DNA of 64,000 nt from Anolis carolinensis. Lineage: Eukaryota. Within the stretch, counting starts at the first letter, position 1. Every line of letters starts with the position of its first letter. The stretch lies in assembly GCF_035594765.1 (NCBI RefSeq), contig NC_085842.1, positions 17,832,782 to 17,896,781 on the forward strand. The letters are read 5' to 3'. Under the pieces are notes generated by a model. The model searched no databases and was not told the origin of the DNA. It worked only from the letters and a program-made list of their open reading frames with translations. Position numbers and translations under genes: made by a program. Below, one piece after another: positions 50,408-63,298 of this stretch.

Positions 50408-51142
50408 GTTAGCCTGGTTGGCTGGAAGGAAAAACAAGGTTAAATATCACCCACATAAAAACATGTATAGCTCCGTCTGCAGATCTGAAGCCAGGGGAAG
50501 TTTGTTCTTTTTTATGCTTCACTCTCCGGCCCCACTCTCCAGCCAATCAATCTGCGCAATGACTCTTAATAGATTTCCAAGAAGCCCGAGTTACTGGGCA
50601 GAAGCATGTAAGCAGACATCAGGAGCAAGTCAGCTTTTGCAAAAAAAACTCTTTTCAATCATTTTCTGTACTCCTTTTGGCTTCAGAGATGGCATGGCTT
50701 TCCAAGCCATCCAAGAGTACACAGGATGCAAAACCAGCTTGCTGAAAAAGTGTGCCTGCAGTCAGGAGAGGTTTGCTGAGTTACCTTTTGAAATCTAGTC
50801 CCCTTGCCTCCCCTGCCTCTCTTTCTTTCTCAAACACACTCGGAGAGAGAGAGTGAGATAGTGTGACTGATCTGGGGTGATCACTCTTGAGAGGTTTTCC
50901 AAGGAGCCCAGTTGCTGCAAGGGACTCCAGTTATGGAAGTCTTCCCACTGGAGACCAAATTGGTGCTAACATTGCTGCTGCTCAGACACCAAGTCAATAT
51001 TACTCTTAAGTCATATATTTCTAACATAATCCCTGCCTTGAGAACTCTCAGTGATTGTGATGATTTAGGATCCTGCTCCCACCAGGGAACTGCTGATTAG
51101 GATACTGCAAAATAGAAATCTCCATCAAGGAGGGAGCCATAC

Positions 51143-51269
51143 CAAGACAGTCCAAAATCCCACGAATCTCTTCCATGATCTGCATATGCAAGACTTTCTG
51201 ATCAGGATTCAGGAGAACCCACTCCTCCAGGGAGAAATTGACAGCCACATCCTTAAAGGCGATTGGGCC
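51143..51269 (-). CDS. Unit E, KRAB-A exon (127 nt)
   Basis: GPIAFKDVAVNFSLEEWVLLNPDQKVLHMQIMEEI; ccag| acceptor, |gtatg donor, open. Confidence 0.85.
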
Positions 51270-52178
51270 CTGGTGGAAAAAGAAAAATAATCCTTCTCAC
51301 ATAAGGGCTATCAAGAAAAATAATAACAAGAAAATCTTTAAAGTAGATTTTCATTTCCTGTTGTTTGAAAGAGAAAGGGCTATCTTCCATGCCATAGTTT
51401 AAACTTTGTAGAGACAACCAGTTTGCCACCATAACATCCATTTCTTAATTGATATTTAGAATCAGAAATGGAATCTGATTCTTAAAATATACAACTTTTA
51501 TTGTGGTGCCCAGAACTGGACACAGTGTTATTCCAGGTGAGGTCTCACCAAAGCAAAAAGAAGGTCATCATGACTTCCCTGAATGTAGACACTACATTCC
51601 TTTGGATGCAGCCCAAAATCCCATAGGCTTTTAAGCCGCTGCATCAAACTGTTGGCTCATGATCAACTTGTGGTCTACTAACACTTCAAGATGCCTTTCA
51701 TATTAATTGTTGTCAAGCCAGGTGTCACCCATCCTGTATCTGTGCATTGTGTATTTCCTGCCTTAGTGTACTATCCTACATTTCCCCTTGTTAGAAATTA
51801 ATTTCGTTAATTTTCACCCAGCTCTGTTATCTGATAAGACCGTTTTGAATTCTGATTCTGTGTTCTGGAGTATTAGCTATTCCTCCTAGTTTGGTGTCAT
51901 CTGGAAATATGATCCGCATGCCCTGTAAACCTTCATCCAAGTCATTAAGAAAGATGTTGAACAGTACTGAGCCAGGACAGAACCCTGCAGCACCAAGTAG
52001 TCATTTCTTTCAAGGGTGAAGAGGAACCATTGGTGAGTACCCTTTGGATTCAGTTACTCAACCAATTACAAATCCACCTCACACTTGTATCATCAAGGCC
52101 ATTTTTACTAGTTGTTTGTAAGACCATGGGAGGCCTTGCCAAAGGCCTTAAAGAAGTCAAGATGTGCTACATCCACTA

Positions 52179-52179
<1 letters not shown>

Positions 52180-52232
<53 letters not shown>
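52180..52232. repeat. (AAT)n microsatellite
   Basis: direct reading. Confidence 0.95.
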
Positions 52233-52237
<5 letters not shown>

Positions 52238-53039
52238 AGGGACTTGGGGTGGCTCACAAAAAGCACTCCAAAGTGCAGCACACATAAAATACACACTACA
52301 TAAGCATATAAAACAATGACAACATAAATTTACACAACACTTTCACCTACAAACGTCACATAAATTCCATAAAATGCAGCAGTACCTCAAGATAAAAATG
52401 ATTGTCTTCCAGTATCAATCTAAACTGCTGGAGTGAAGCAATCACTAAGTTCTCAAGTCTACATTCCCTTCCTCTACTAAGCTTGTAACAAGGTACAGGA
52501 AAAACCATAATCAGAACATGGGAATCCAAACATGAACATGAATCCAAAACCAAGACCGTAGAAATGTCTTAAAAGCATGAATCCAAACTCCCAAGATCTT
52601 AGACTAAAACATGAACTTGAAGCAAAACTCAAGATCCTCACTGCTATGCAGTGTTGCCTGATTTGAATTCTAAAGGAAACAATTCCCTGATTTAAGGTCT
52701 GCAAGCCATGAAGTCATACCTGTGACCTTGACTCCCTTGCCTGTGATATTTTTCACACTGTTGTTTCTCACGGTGTCTTTGTGACTTCCTTATTTTGTTT
52801 GCTTCTTCCCTAATATGAAGCCTAAGATTCCTGCTGACTGCAGGTGTATTTTCATGAGAACTTTCTCGCCCATCCTTATCTGGGGTTGCTATGAGACAAC
52901 CAGACGAAAAGCTTTTGCCAGTCACTGCATCTCCCTCGTTGCTGGCCTCTGACGCAGTTTTACTTTCAAGCCCATTCTCAGAGACAGGATCTATACTCCC
53001 CTCATTTCCCACATTGAAAAATCCATCCAGTCATCTTCA

Positions 53040-54290
53040 TCATCTGGAGCTGCTGCAACAGGGGGATTGTCCGCTCCTTGTCTCCAGCCCCAGTGAGCAA
53101 CCTGGGAGAAGCTCTTTGGACCAGCTGAAGTTTCTGAGCACTCTTCAGAGGCAGTCCCACATAGAGTGCATTACAGTAATCCAGATGTGATGTAACTAAG
53201 GCACATACCACCATTGCCAGATCTGGCTTCTCAAGGAAAGGGCGCAGTTGGCGCATAAGTGTACAAAGGCCCTCCTGGCCACCTTCAACACCTGGAACTC
53301 CAGGTTCAGCGCCAAGTCCAGGAGAACCCCCAAACTGAACCTGTGTCTTCAGGAGGGAATGTGACTCCATACAGCACAGGCTGGATTCCTATTTGCTAAT
53401 CTGCCTTTTGATTGACCAGGAGTACCAGTGTCATATCTGGAATAGGTTTCAAATTGTTTTCCTTCATCCAGTAAATTACTGATGGCAGCCAACTGGTTTA
53501 GGGTCAGGATAGCTTCCTTGGCTTTAGGTGGAAAAGAGTTAGAGTTGGGTATCATCTGAATATAGGTGACACTGCACGCCAAAACTCTGGATGACTGTTC
53601 CCAGTGGTTTCATGTATATGTTGAACAGCATGGGGGACAAAACCGAGCCTGTGGAACCCCACAAATTAACAGCCAGGGGTTCGAAAAGGAGTCCCGCAGC
53701 ACCACCTTCTGGGTATGGCCCTCCAGAAAGGACTGGAGCCCATCCTAATAAGACAACCCAAAAGGAGTCCATGGTCAATAGTATCGAAAGCTGCTGAGAA
53801 ATCCAGGAGAAGCAACAGAGAAACACACCCCACCCCCCTCTAGCTCTCTGCAGAGGTCATCCACCAAGGAGACCAAAGCTGTCTCTGTTCCATGGCCAGG
53901 CCTAAAACCAGACTAAACCTCTTGAGATGGACCATCTTAATTGGTCCCCCACCCCTGCAGAGGTTTGGATTCCCAGAGAGTCTAAACCTGACCATGTAGT
54001 GATGAGTCCACAACAATGGAACTATAATCATGTTCCTCCACACTATCATCACCACCAATCCATTCTGCACAGAAAACAAGGTCCAAAGTGTCTCCAGCAG
54101 CATGGATAGGGCAAGACACCACCTGGGACAGACCCATGGTTGTCATGGAGGCCATGAAGTCATGAGCCATTCCTGAAAGGGCGGTCTCTGCATGGACATT
54201 GAAGTCTCCCAGCACGATTTGCCACTGAGACCCCAACTCCAATCCCGAGACCATCCCGGCTAACTCAGGAAGGGACACTGTTGAGCAAAC
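53040..54290 (-). mobile_element. Degenerate L2 LINE fragments
   Basis: VLGDFNVH endonuclease motif, GSVLSPMLFNIYM, YSDDTQL, LDYCNALYVGLP. Confidence 0.85.
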
Positions 54291-54721
54291 CCTACTGTTT
54301 GCTCTTTTTTTCTCCTTCTACTGACACAACCAAAGAACCCCCTTTTACTGTTTTTAATTTCTCTGGAAAGCCTGGGCTCATTTTCTGCTTTGGCTTGTGA
54401 GACCTTTTCCCTATTTATGCTAGTTAGTCATTTGAATTCTTTTTTGGTAATTCCTACCCCCCCCCCACCCTTTTCAATTTCTTCTACACCTCTCTTTTAA
54501 GTCTTAGCTCAGCTGAAAGATCTTTGGACATTTATTCTGGTTTCTTTAGATATCTCTTATTTTTCCCCTCTTGTTGGCGCTATTTACAATTGTGTCTTCC
54601 GTATCTCACTTTTAAGAAACTCCCATTCTATCTTTTCTGTTGCAAGAGATGTTCGATGACTGTGCCTGGAATCAATGACAGGCCGCTCCAGTCCTTCTCT
54701 CCCAGGAATCCCTCCGCTTAC

Positions 54722-54765
54722 CTGATTCAGTTCCACTCCATTTGTTGACAACATCATTCCAGTCC
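54722..54765 (-). CDS. Unit E, second linker exon (44 nt; in-frame 27-nt shorter than C/D)
   Basis: ttccag| and cag|gtaag; GTGMMLSTNGVELNQ. Confidence 0.75.
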
Positions 54766-55321
54766 CTGGAAGAGAGAGCAAGGTATGGAAAGCTGATCAG
54801 GGATGACAATGATGGTCTATAAAGAAACCTATGAGAAAATGACCCTAAGAACACAGGGCATTCTCCAGCCCAGTATTTGTGGCCCATGTTCCAATTGATC
54901 ATCTGATCATTAATTTTGTTGTTGTTGTTGTTGTATCAGTAGATTTTGTACATTTATTTCATACATTTCCCCACCCCCTTCCTATTTGTCACTCTTTCTT
55001 CTTTCTATATTATCCACTTATTTTTCTAATATATCTTAGTTCTATTCATTCTTTTCTTTCTCCCCCATCCCATAACCATATCACAATTTCCATTATAACT
55101 TTTCCTTCATCCATGAGCTCAGCTTTTCCCTTCTCTATATAATATTTGCATTGGCTTCTCTACTTTTATCCATTCCGTACCTGTATAATCATCTCATGGA
55201 CAAATGATCCTGCACGTGCACCTTCTCAAGCTCAAACTGATTGTGTATGTGCTACAATCCCCGCAAAGGGGAATTTACACTAGCATAAAACACCAAAACT
55301 CCCAGAAGAGTTCCTTCTTGC

Positions 55322-55448
55322 CTTGCAAAGTTGCCGCTCCATCCCCTTTCTGCTTGAGGTCTTTCAGCTGGAGCCTCTGGGTGGTGTCTGAAGGAGATTT
55401 CTCTGATGTAGGGACATCACGCTGGACTTCAATACAGTTATTTTGGGC
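55322..55448 (-). CDS. Unit E, first linker exon (127 nt, GC donor)
   Basis: open frame; donor aag|gcaaga at the position of paralogous agg|gtaaga. Confidence 0.7.
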
Positions 55449-55787
55449 CTGAAAGAAAACAGAGAAATTCAGAAGTAGTGTGGAGAAAGATTAGAAAAGG
55501 ATTTTTTTCCAAATGTGAAGAAACTGCATTCTGAGACTAGTTGTATTCCAAATCCCATCATTTTCAATGTAATGTGTGAGGTCAACAATTCTGAGTTGTG
55601 CAGCAACTGAGCTGACAGTGGATATGGAGGTGACAGCAGGAGGGGCAGAGCAGGTGGGAAAAGAGGAAGAGGGAACAAGCTTTTGGCTTATTCCCCATTT
55701 TGGTCGGATCTTGGAAGAAAAGCAAGATTTAGGTTTAATCTATCCATCAGTCCCAAGGTTAGTGGAACCAACAGAAAATGCTCTCAC

Positions 55788-56420
55788 CTGTTCTTCCCGC
55801 CTCTTGTCCTCTGTCTGACTCAGGAGGAAGCCTTCCGCCAGGGCCACCGCCTGGGAAGAGGTCTCTGCCCCACACTCTCGGACCCAGCTCCCCATCTCTG
55901 GGGGCAGGATGCTCAGGAACTGCTCCAGGATCACCAGGTCCAGCATCTCAGCCTTGGTGTGTTGCTCTGGCTTCAGCCACTGGCGGCAGAGATCGTGGAG
56001 GTGGCTGCAAACCTCTCTGGGTCCCTCACCCTCTTGGTAGAAGGACTGTCTGAAGAGCTGGCGCTGTATGTGCGCATTTAGCAATGTCTGCGTAGTTCTT
56101 TCCCCGGATTCCCCACTGCTCTCGTGGGCCCTGCCTGCTTCAGGTCCAGGTGAGTTGGGTCTCTCCATGTTGGAACCACCCTCAGGTCCAGGTGAATTGG
56201 ATCTCTCCATGTTGGAACCACCCTCAAGTCCAGGCGAATTGGGTTTCTCCATGTTGGAACCACCCTCAAGTCCAGGTGAATTGGATCTCTCCATGTTGGA
56301 ACCACCCTCAAGTCCAGGCGAATTGGGTTTCTCCATGTTGGAACCACCCTCAGGTCCAGGTGAGTTGGGTCTCTCCATGTTGGAACCACCCTCAGGTCCA
56401 GGTGAATTGAGTCTCTCCAT
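55788..56420 (-). CDS. Unit E, SCAN exon coding part with 7x14-aa N-terminal repeat (acceptor 56545)
   Basis: SCAN domain intact; first ATG 56420. Confidence 0.88.
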
Positions 56421-56432
56421 GTTGGAACCACT
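56139..56432 (-). repeat. 42-bp coding tandem repeat x7 ([14 protein letters not shown])
   Basis: ATGs at 42-nt spacing from 56420 to 56168; single copy in units A-D. Confidence 0.93.
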
Positions 56433-57414
56433 TTTGATGAAGAACTGAACCTTATCCAAGATACTTTTCCTCCCTCTTCATTCAAGGAAAAGAAACCCCT
56501 GAGCAGGCTCTACTCCAAAATTCTCAGCCAATAATCACATTTCCTCTGTGAAAGAAAGCTAGAATTAGGCAACAGGCTTCAGGAGGTTATTTCTTGGAGA
56601 GTAAAAAAAAGCCCTTTATTTATTTCAGAATAAACTAATACTGGGCCCTCTTTTCACTCCAGCTTCCAGACCCACTTGGTTTCACTTGGCCTTTCATTAA
56701 ACTTCCATTCAGTCCCTATCCACACTATCCCCCCATGATTCCTTCAGCTGATGCCACATGATCTTTAGCCTTTCTTGTAAAGAAAACTAACTTAACACTC
56801 GATTAAATGATATTTCCAGTAGACTACAAGACAGACAAAAACAAAAAGACTTCAACAGTGACATGATTTCATTATAATCAACTTCAGACAACAAAAGGGG
56901 GAGAAAAGAATCGGGAGAATCAATGGATCCAGTTGCTATGGACAAAAAACAAACCAATTGGGAAGCTGCATCAATTTCTTCTGAAATATTTTACGATTAG
57001 TGAAGAAATAAAAGAACCCATGATTCAGTTGGTGAAAAATGTAGGCCGTGCAAAAAGTCTAGGAGAATGGAAAGAACTCTGGAAAGAATGACTACAATTT
57101 ACAAGGAGTTAAACCATCAAATAAAATTTTAACAAAATGATATATAGATGGTACAGAACTCCAGAAAAACCCTCAAAGATATAGAAAAGATCCAACATAT
57201 GTTGGGAATGCAAACAAATAACTGGAACTTTCTATCATTTGTGGTGGACTTGTCCAAAAACTAAAGAATTCTGGATAAAAATCCATAAAGACATGGAAAC
57301 TACACTAGAGCACAAAATCCTATTAAAACTAGAACTTTTTCTACTGGGATTATTAGACAAACAGACATTGAAACATCAAGAAAGTCTTTCTTTATATGAC
57401 TACAGAAACAATAA

Positions 57415-57910
57415 CAGATGTGGACCAAACTTGGCACACAGACCTAACACTGCCAACTTTGCATAGTGATAACTTTGGGGTGATTGACCTTGGCATCAGA
57501 ATTATAGTTCACCAATATTCAGAGAACACTGAACCCACCAAGTGACGGATCTAGACCACACTTGGCACACAGACCCAATATGGCTAACTGTGAATAGTGC
57601 CAGGGTTTGCTGGTGATTTACCTTGGCATCAGAGACTTATAGTTCACCCGTATTCAGAGAAGACTAAATCCAGCAGATGAGGGATCTCGACCAAGCTAGG
57701 CACACAGACCCAACATGGCCAAGTGTGAATACTGTCTGGGTTTGGGGATGATTGCCCTGGGAATCTGGGAGTTGTAGCTCACCCTTATTCAGAGAGCACT
57801 GAACCCAGCTGATGATGGATCTGGACCAAACTTAAATGGTACTACCCAACATGCCAAAACAATAAATGCCTTCTTCTAATAACCTGGGCACCACCGGGTC
57901 CCCAAGCTAG
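57415..57910 (+). mobile_element. Probable non-autonomous Helitron 3' part with internal ~140-bp repeats
   Basis: gacca(a/c)acttggcacacag units; subterminal GC hairpin then CTAG|T at 57907-57911. Confidence 0.55.
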
Positions 57911-57980
57911 TTAGAATATAAAAAGGTGGCAAGCCTTGTTATTTAGCTATTTTAGAACGATGCACATATATATACAAATA

Positions 57981-59200
57981 CAGTAGTGTCTCACTTATCC
58001 AACATAAACGGGCCGGCAGAATGTTGGATAAGTGAATATGTTGGGTAATAAGGAGGCATTAAGGAAAAGCCTATTAAATATCAAATTAGGTTATGATTTT
58101 ACAAATGAAGCATCAAAACATCATGTTAGACAACAAATTTGGCAGAAAAAGTAGTTCAATACGCAGTAATGCTATGTAGTAATTACTGTATTTATGAATT
58201 TAGCACCAAAGTATCACGATATATTGAAAACATTGATTACAAAAATGCGTTGGATAATCCAGAACATTGGATAAGCGAGTGTTGGATAAGTGAGACTCTA
58301 CTGTACATGTTTATGTAGTGTTTAAATACAAGAAGAAAAGATGACAATGCAACATAGTTAATTCTCAACCACACAATGCTCATTTACTAACAAATGGAAC
58401 TGATTTTAAATCTATATGGCAATACAATAGAGTCTCACTTATCAGACATTCGCTTATTCAACGTTCTGGATTATCCAACGCAGTCTGCCTTTCAGTAGTC
58501 AATGTTTTTGTAGTCAATGTTTTCAATACATTGTGATGTTTTGGTACTAAATTCGTAAATACAGTAATTACTACATAACATTACTGCATATTGAACTACT
58601 TTTTCTGTCAAATGTTGTATAACATGATGTTTTGGTGCTAAATTTGTAATATCACAACCTAATTTGATGTTTAATAGGCTTTTCCTTAATCCCTCCTTAT
58701 TATCCAAGATATTTGCTTGTCCAAGGTTCTGCTGGCCCGTTTAGCTTGGATAAGTGAGACTCTACTGTATTGAAAACATTGACTATAAAAATATTGACTA
58801 CTAACAAACTGACTACAAATAAAGATAGAATTGCATAAAATGAATTTACAGTAGCAACATTGTCGGAAATTAAATCCCATCACTTATCTAACATAAACGG
58901 GCTGGCAAAACATTGGATAAGCGAGAATGTTGAATAAGGAGGGATTAAGAAAAAAGCCTATTCAACATCAAATTACATTATGATTTTACAAATTAAGCAC
59001 CAAAAACATCATCTTTTACATCAAATTGACAGAAAAAGCAGTTCAGTACACAGTAATGTTATGTAGTAATTACTGTATTTACGAATTTAGCACCAAAACA
59101 TTGCAACATTGACTCCAAAACATTGACTACTAAAAGGCAGACTGCCTTGGATAATACAGAACATTGGATAAGTGATGCTTGGATAAGTGAGACTCTACTG
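57981..59200. mobile_element. Cluster of three Tigger-like family-1 MITEs (57981-58303, 58425-58767, ~58880-59200)
   Basis: TIRs CAGTAGAGTCTCACTTATCC. Confidence 0.8.
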
Positions 59201-59207
59201 CAGCAAA

Positions 59208-59529
59208 TGGCACAGTGTGTTAAAGCGCTGAGCTGCTGAACTTGCGGACCAAAAGGTCCTAGGTTCAAATCCCAGGAACAGAATGAGCACCCACTATTAG
59301 CCCCAGTTCCTGCCAACCTAGCAGTTCGAAAACATGCAAATGTGTGTAGATCAATAGGTACTGCTCCGGCGGGAAGGTAACGGCGCTCCATGCAGTCATG
59401 CCGGCCACATGACCTTGGAGGTGTCTATGGACAACGCCGCTCTTTGGCTTAGAAATGGAGATGAGCACCAACCACCAGAGTCAGGTCACGACTGGACTTA
59501 ATATCAGGGGGAAACCTTTACCTTTACCT
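59208..59529 (+). mobile_element. Sauria SINE
   Basis: body and ACCTTT tail. Confidence 0.85.
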
Positions 59530-59561
59530 ACTGTAGCGAACTTAATAAACATGATTTAGAC

Positions 59562-60293
59562 CAGGGATCCCCAAACTAAGGCCTGGGGGCCGGATGCAGC
59601 CCTCCAAGGTCATTTACCTAGCCCCTGCCCTCAGTTTTATAATATAATATTTTTATATCAGTTTTAATAATATAATATTGTATATACATATAATATTGAT
59701 AGAAATATTATAATGTAATACAATGTAATACTAATAATAATACTATATAATATTATTAATTATATATTATATATTACATGTAATATTACTAATAATATTA
59801 CAATATAGTGGTATAATTCAATATAGTAATATATAATGCTAATATTGTTCTATGCTAATAATATAATATATTGAATATAGATATAAATTGTAAGCCGCTC
59901 TGAGTCCCCTTCGGGGTGAGAAAGACAGAATATAAATGTAGTAAATAAATAAATAATAAATAAATAAATTTTTGACTTAGGCTTGCCCAAAATCTGAAAT
60001 GACTTGAAGGCACACAACAACAATAATCCTAATTAACTTGACTATCTCATTGGCCAGAAGCAGGTCCACACTTCTCATTGAAATCCTGATCGGTTTGAGT
60101 TGGTTTAAATTGTTTTTATTTTTAAATATTGTATTTTTCTTTCATCGTTGTTGTAGCTTTTGCACTACAAATAAGACATATGCAGTGTGAATAGGAATTT
60201 GTTCATTTTTTCTTCTTCAAATGATCATTCGGCCCTTCAACAATCTGAAGGATTGTGGACCGGCCCTCTGCTTTAAAAGTTTGGGGACCCCTG
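59562..60293. mobile_element. Non-autonomous hAT element
   Basis: TIR CAGGGATCCCCAAACT/AGTTTGGGGACCCCTG, perfect 8-bp TSD ATTTAGAC. Confidence 0.9.
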
Positions 60294-60656
60294 ATTTAGA
60301 CACTGAAAGGATTATAAAAATAGACTGGGTCAAGTGCACCATGTGAATTTTGTAAACGAGAGGGAGCTGATAAAGTGCTGCAAATTCGTGAGGGAGCAAC
60401 TTGGGATGGGATTAGGCCCTGTGTCTATATCAAATTAACAAGACAAGAAAAGTGCAACCGGTGAGGAAATGGTCAGACACAGGATTCATCATGGAGATGG
60501 GCAATCCTGAACCAAAGGCCTGTGTGAAGAGCCAGGTTTTCAAGCTCTTCCTAAATGCGACCAGTTGTGATGACCCCCCCAATCCATTTTGCATCCATGG
60601 CACACGTGGCTCGAGGCCATGCTCCATCTCCTTGGAAGGAGGAGAGCTTAAAACAA

Positions 60657-60776
60657 GCAGGGGCAAACTGCGGCCCTCCCTTCAGGTGTTTTGGGACTTC
60701 AACTCCCAGAATTCCTGGCCTCAGGCCCCTTAGTCCAAAACACCTGAAGGGAGGGCCGCAGTTTGCCCATGCCTGG
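60657..60776. mobile_element. hAT-type MITE
   Basis: GGGCAAACTGCGGCCCTCC palindromic ends; gcttaaa repeats on both sides. Confidence 0.7.
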
Positions 60777-60901
60777 CTTAAAGAGTTGTTGTTGTTTTCT
60801 ATGTTCTCGGTGAGTGTGTTAGAAAAGCCAACCTGTGAGGGAAACAGGCCTGGTCCAACTTCGGCCCTCCCTCCAGGTGATGTGGGCCTGAGCCCCTCTT
60901 C

Positions 60902-61017
60902 GGTTAAGGGGAGGGAGTCTGCTTCCTAGAGGGGACAGGAAAGGTTTGTATAAGCAGGCCCAGTTGCTTCCTGCCTCTCTGGGAACCAAACTCTCTCCCT
61001 TTAACCCTTCCTTGCCC
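60902..61017. promoter_or_regulatory. Unit E 5' inverted-repeat block, partly deleted
   Basis: paralog of 1661-1786; one arm shortened and the adjacent GTGAGTC donor segment missing. Confidence 0.45.
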
Positions 61018-61064
61018 AGCATTACACTGGAAGGAGGGGAAAAGAGCCTCTCCCAAAAGCCCTG

Positions 61065-61383
61065 GAGTCTCACTTATCCATGACTCGCATATCCAAGGTT
61101 CTGGATTATCCAATGCATTTTTGTAGTCAAGGTTTTCAATATATCGTGATACTTTGGTGCTAAATTCGTAAATACAGTAATTACAACATAACATTACTGT
61201 GTATTGGACTGCTTTTTCTGTCAAATGTGTTGTATAACATTATGTTTTGGTGCTTAATTTGTAAAATCATAACCTAATTTGATGTTTTAATAGGTTTTTC
61301 CTTAATCCCTTCTTATTATCCAAGATATTCACTTATCCAAGGTTCTGCAGGCCCGTTTAGCTTGGATAAGTGAGACTCTACTG
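61065..61383. mobile_element. Tigger-like MITE family 1
   Basis: TIRs. Confidence 0.8.
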
Positions 61384-61426
61384 TATGGGCATTCCCAGGC
61401 CTACCTCCTTCTCACCATCCTATCGT

Positions 61427-61698
61427 GGAGCCTCCAGTGGCCTAGAGGATAAAAGCCTTGTGACTTGAAGGTTGGGTTGCTGACCTGAAGGCTGCCAGGT
61501 TCGAATCCAACCCGGGGAGAGCATGGATGAGCTCCCTCTGTCAGCTCCAGCTCCATGCAGGGACATGAGAGAAGCCTCCCACAGGGATGGTAAAAACATC
61601 AAAACATCTGGGCGTCCCCTGGGCAACTTCCTTGCAGATGGCCAATTCTCTCACTCCAGAAGCAACTCTGGTTGCTCCTGACATGAAAAAAAAAAAAA
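61427..61698 (+). mobile_element. Lizard tRNA-SINE (SINE2-type)
   Basis: TSD caccatcctatc; A tail. Confidence 0.87.
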
Positions 61699-61713
61699 CA
61701 CCATCCTATCCTC

Positions 61714-62384
61714 GGTTGTATGTTTTCCGGGCTGTATGGCCATGTTCAAGAAGCATTCTCTCCTGACGTTTCGCCCACAACTATGGCACCTGCAATATAC
61801 CTCACAACCTCTGAGGATGCCTGCCATAGATGTGGGCGAAACGTCAGGAGAGAATGCTTCTGGAACATGGCCATACAGCCCGGAAAACATACAGCAACCC
61901 TGTGATCCTGGCCATGAAAGCCTTCGACATATCCTATCTTCTTTCTCCTTCCCTCCACCCTTCCATTCTTCCTTCCTTCCTTCTGCCCTCCCTCTTTCAC
62001 CCTCTCTCTTTCTTCTCCCTCCCTCCCTTCTCTTTTTCCTTCCTCCATTCCTCCTGGGGGATGCTGAGCTGGGAGAAGAGACAGTTGAGAGGGAACATGA
62101 CAACCATGGGGTTGTATGTTTTCCAGGCTGTATGGCCATGTTCCAGAAGCATTCTCTCCTGACCTTTCACCCACATCTCTGGCAGGCATCCTCAGAGGTT
62201 GTGAGGTATATGGAGAAACTAAGCAAGGGAGGTTTATATAGTTTCTCCATATACCTCACAACTTCTGAGGATGCTGCCTGAGATGTGGGTGAAACGTCAG
62301 GAGAGAATGCTTCTGGGACATGGCCATACAGCCCGGAAAACATACAACAACCCTGTGATCCCGGCCATGAAAGCCTTTGACAAC
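61714..62384. mobile_element. Two Penelope-derived inverted terminal-repeat palindromes (61714-61928, 62109-62384) carrying minimal hammerhead motifs
   Basis: ~75-bp and ~110-bp arms; match to 3' end of Penelope copy at 32880-32955; CTGAGGA...GAAACGTC cores. Confidence 0.75.
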
Positions 62385-62982
62385 TCATGAGAACCATGTT
62401 TCCAGATTTACAAGGGTTTCGCATTGAGAAGGAGGGGGAAAATGACTTTCTGCTGCTCTAGAGACCAGGGCATAAAGAAGCCATCATTTCAAATGGCAGG
62501 AAACTGAAAAGATTAGGAAGAACTTCCTGAGATTGAGAGCTGTTTGAGAGTGGCATATTCTGCTGGGGAGTGTGGTGGAGTCTCCTTCTCTGGAGGTTTT
62601 TCCACAGAGGCTGTCTATTGGGAGTGCTTTGATTGTGCCTTCTTGCAGGGCAGGGGGTTGAACTGGATGGCCTTTGAGGGTTTTTTCTAGCTCTAGGAGT
62701 CTAGGATTATATATCACGAGTAGGCAATATGGTGTCGAATGGATACACTTTCTCTCTCTCACCCACCATCTCATCCTGACGAAGTCTAACCCTTTTGGGA
62801 TCCAAACAATTCCCGTCTTTCCTTCACTTTCTGCCTCTGAAAGAGAAGAGGAAAGACAGGAAAGGGCAGGGAGGGAACTTGGGGAGAATAATAATAATAA
62901 TACTTTATTTTTGTATCCAGCCACCATCTCCCCGAAGGGACTCGGGGCAGCTAATATGGGGCCAAGCCCAAAAAACAAGGTA

Positions 62983-63298
62983 CAGTAGAGTCTCACTTAT
63001 CCAAGCTAAACGGGCCAGCAGAAGCTTGGATAAGTGAATATCTTGCATAATAAGGAGGGATTAAGGAAAAGCCTATTCAACATCAAATTAGGTTATGATT
63101 TTACAAATTTAGCACCAAAACATCATATTTTACAACAAATTTGACAGAAAAGTAGTTCAATACACAGCAATGTTGTAATTACTGTATTTACAAATTAGCA
63201 CCAAAATATCATGATATATTGAAAACATTGACTACAAAAATGCCTTGGATAATCCAGAAACTTGGATAAGCGAGTCTTGGATAAGTGAGAATCTACTG
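62983..63298. mobile_element. Tigger-like MITE family 1
   Basis: TIRs, TA flanks. Confidence 0.85.

Noticed and set aside
52320-53013. Possible LTR on minus strand in unit E intron
   Set aside because: Unit-specific insertion, but I could not find matching TSD or convincing termini
56139-56432. Regularly spaced repeats resembling a CRISPR array
   Set aside because: No unique spacers; contiguous 42-bp coding tandem repeat in a vertebrate exon
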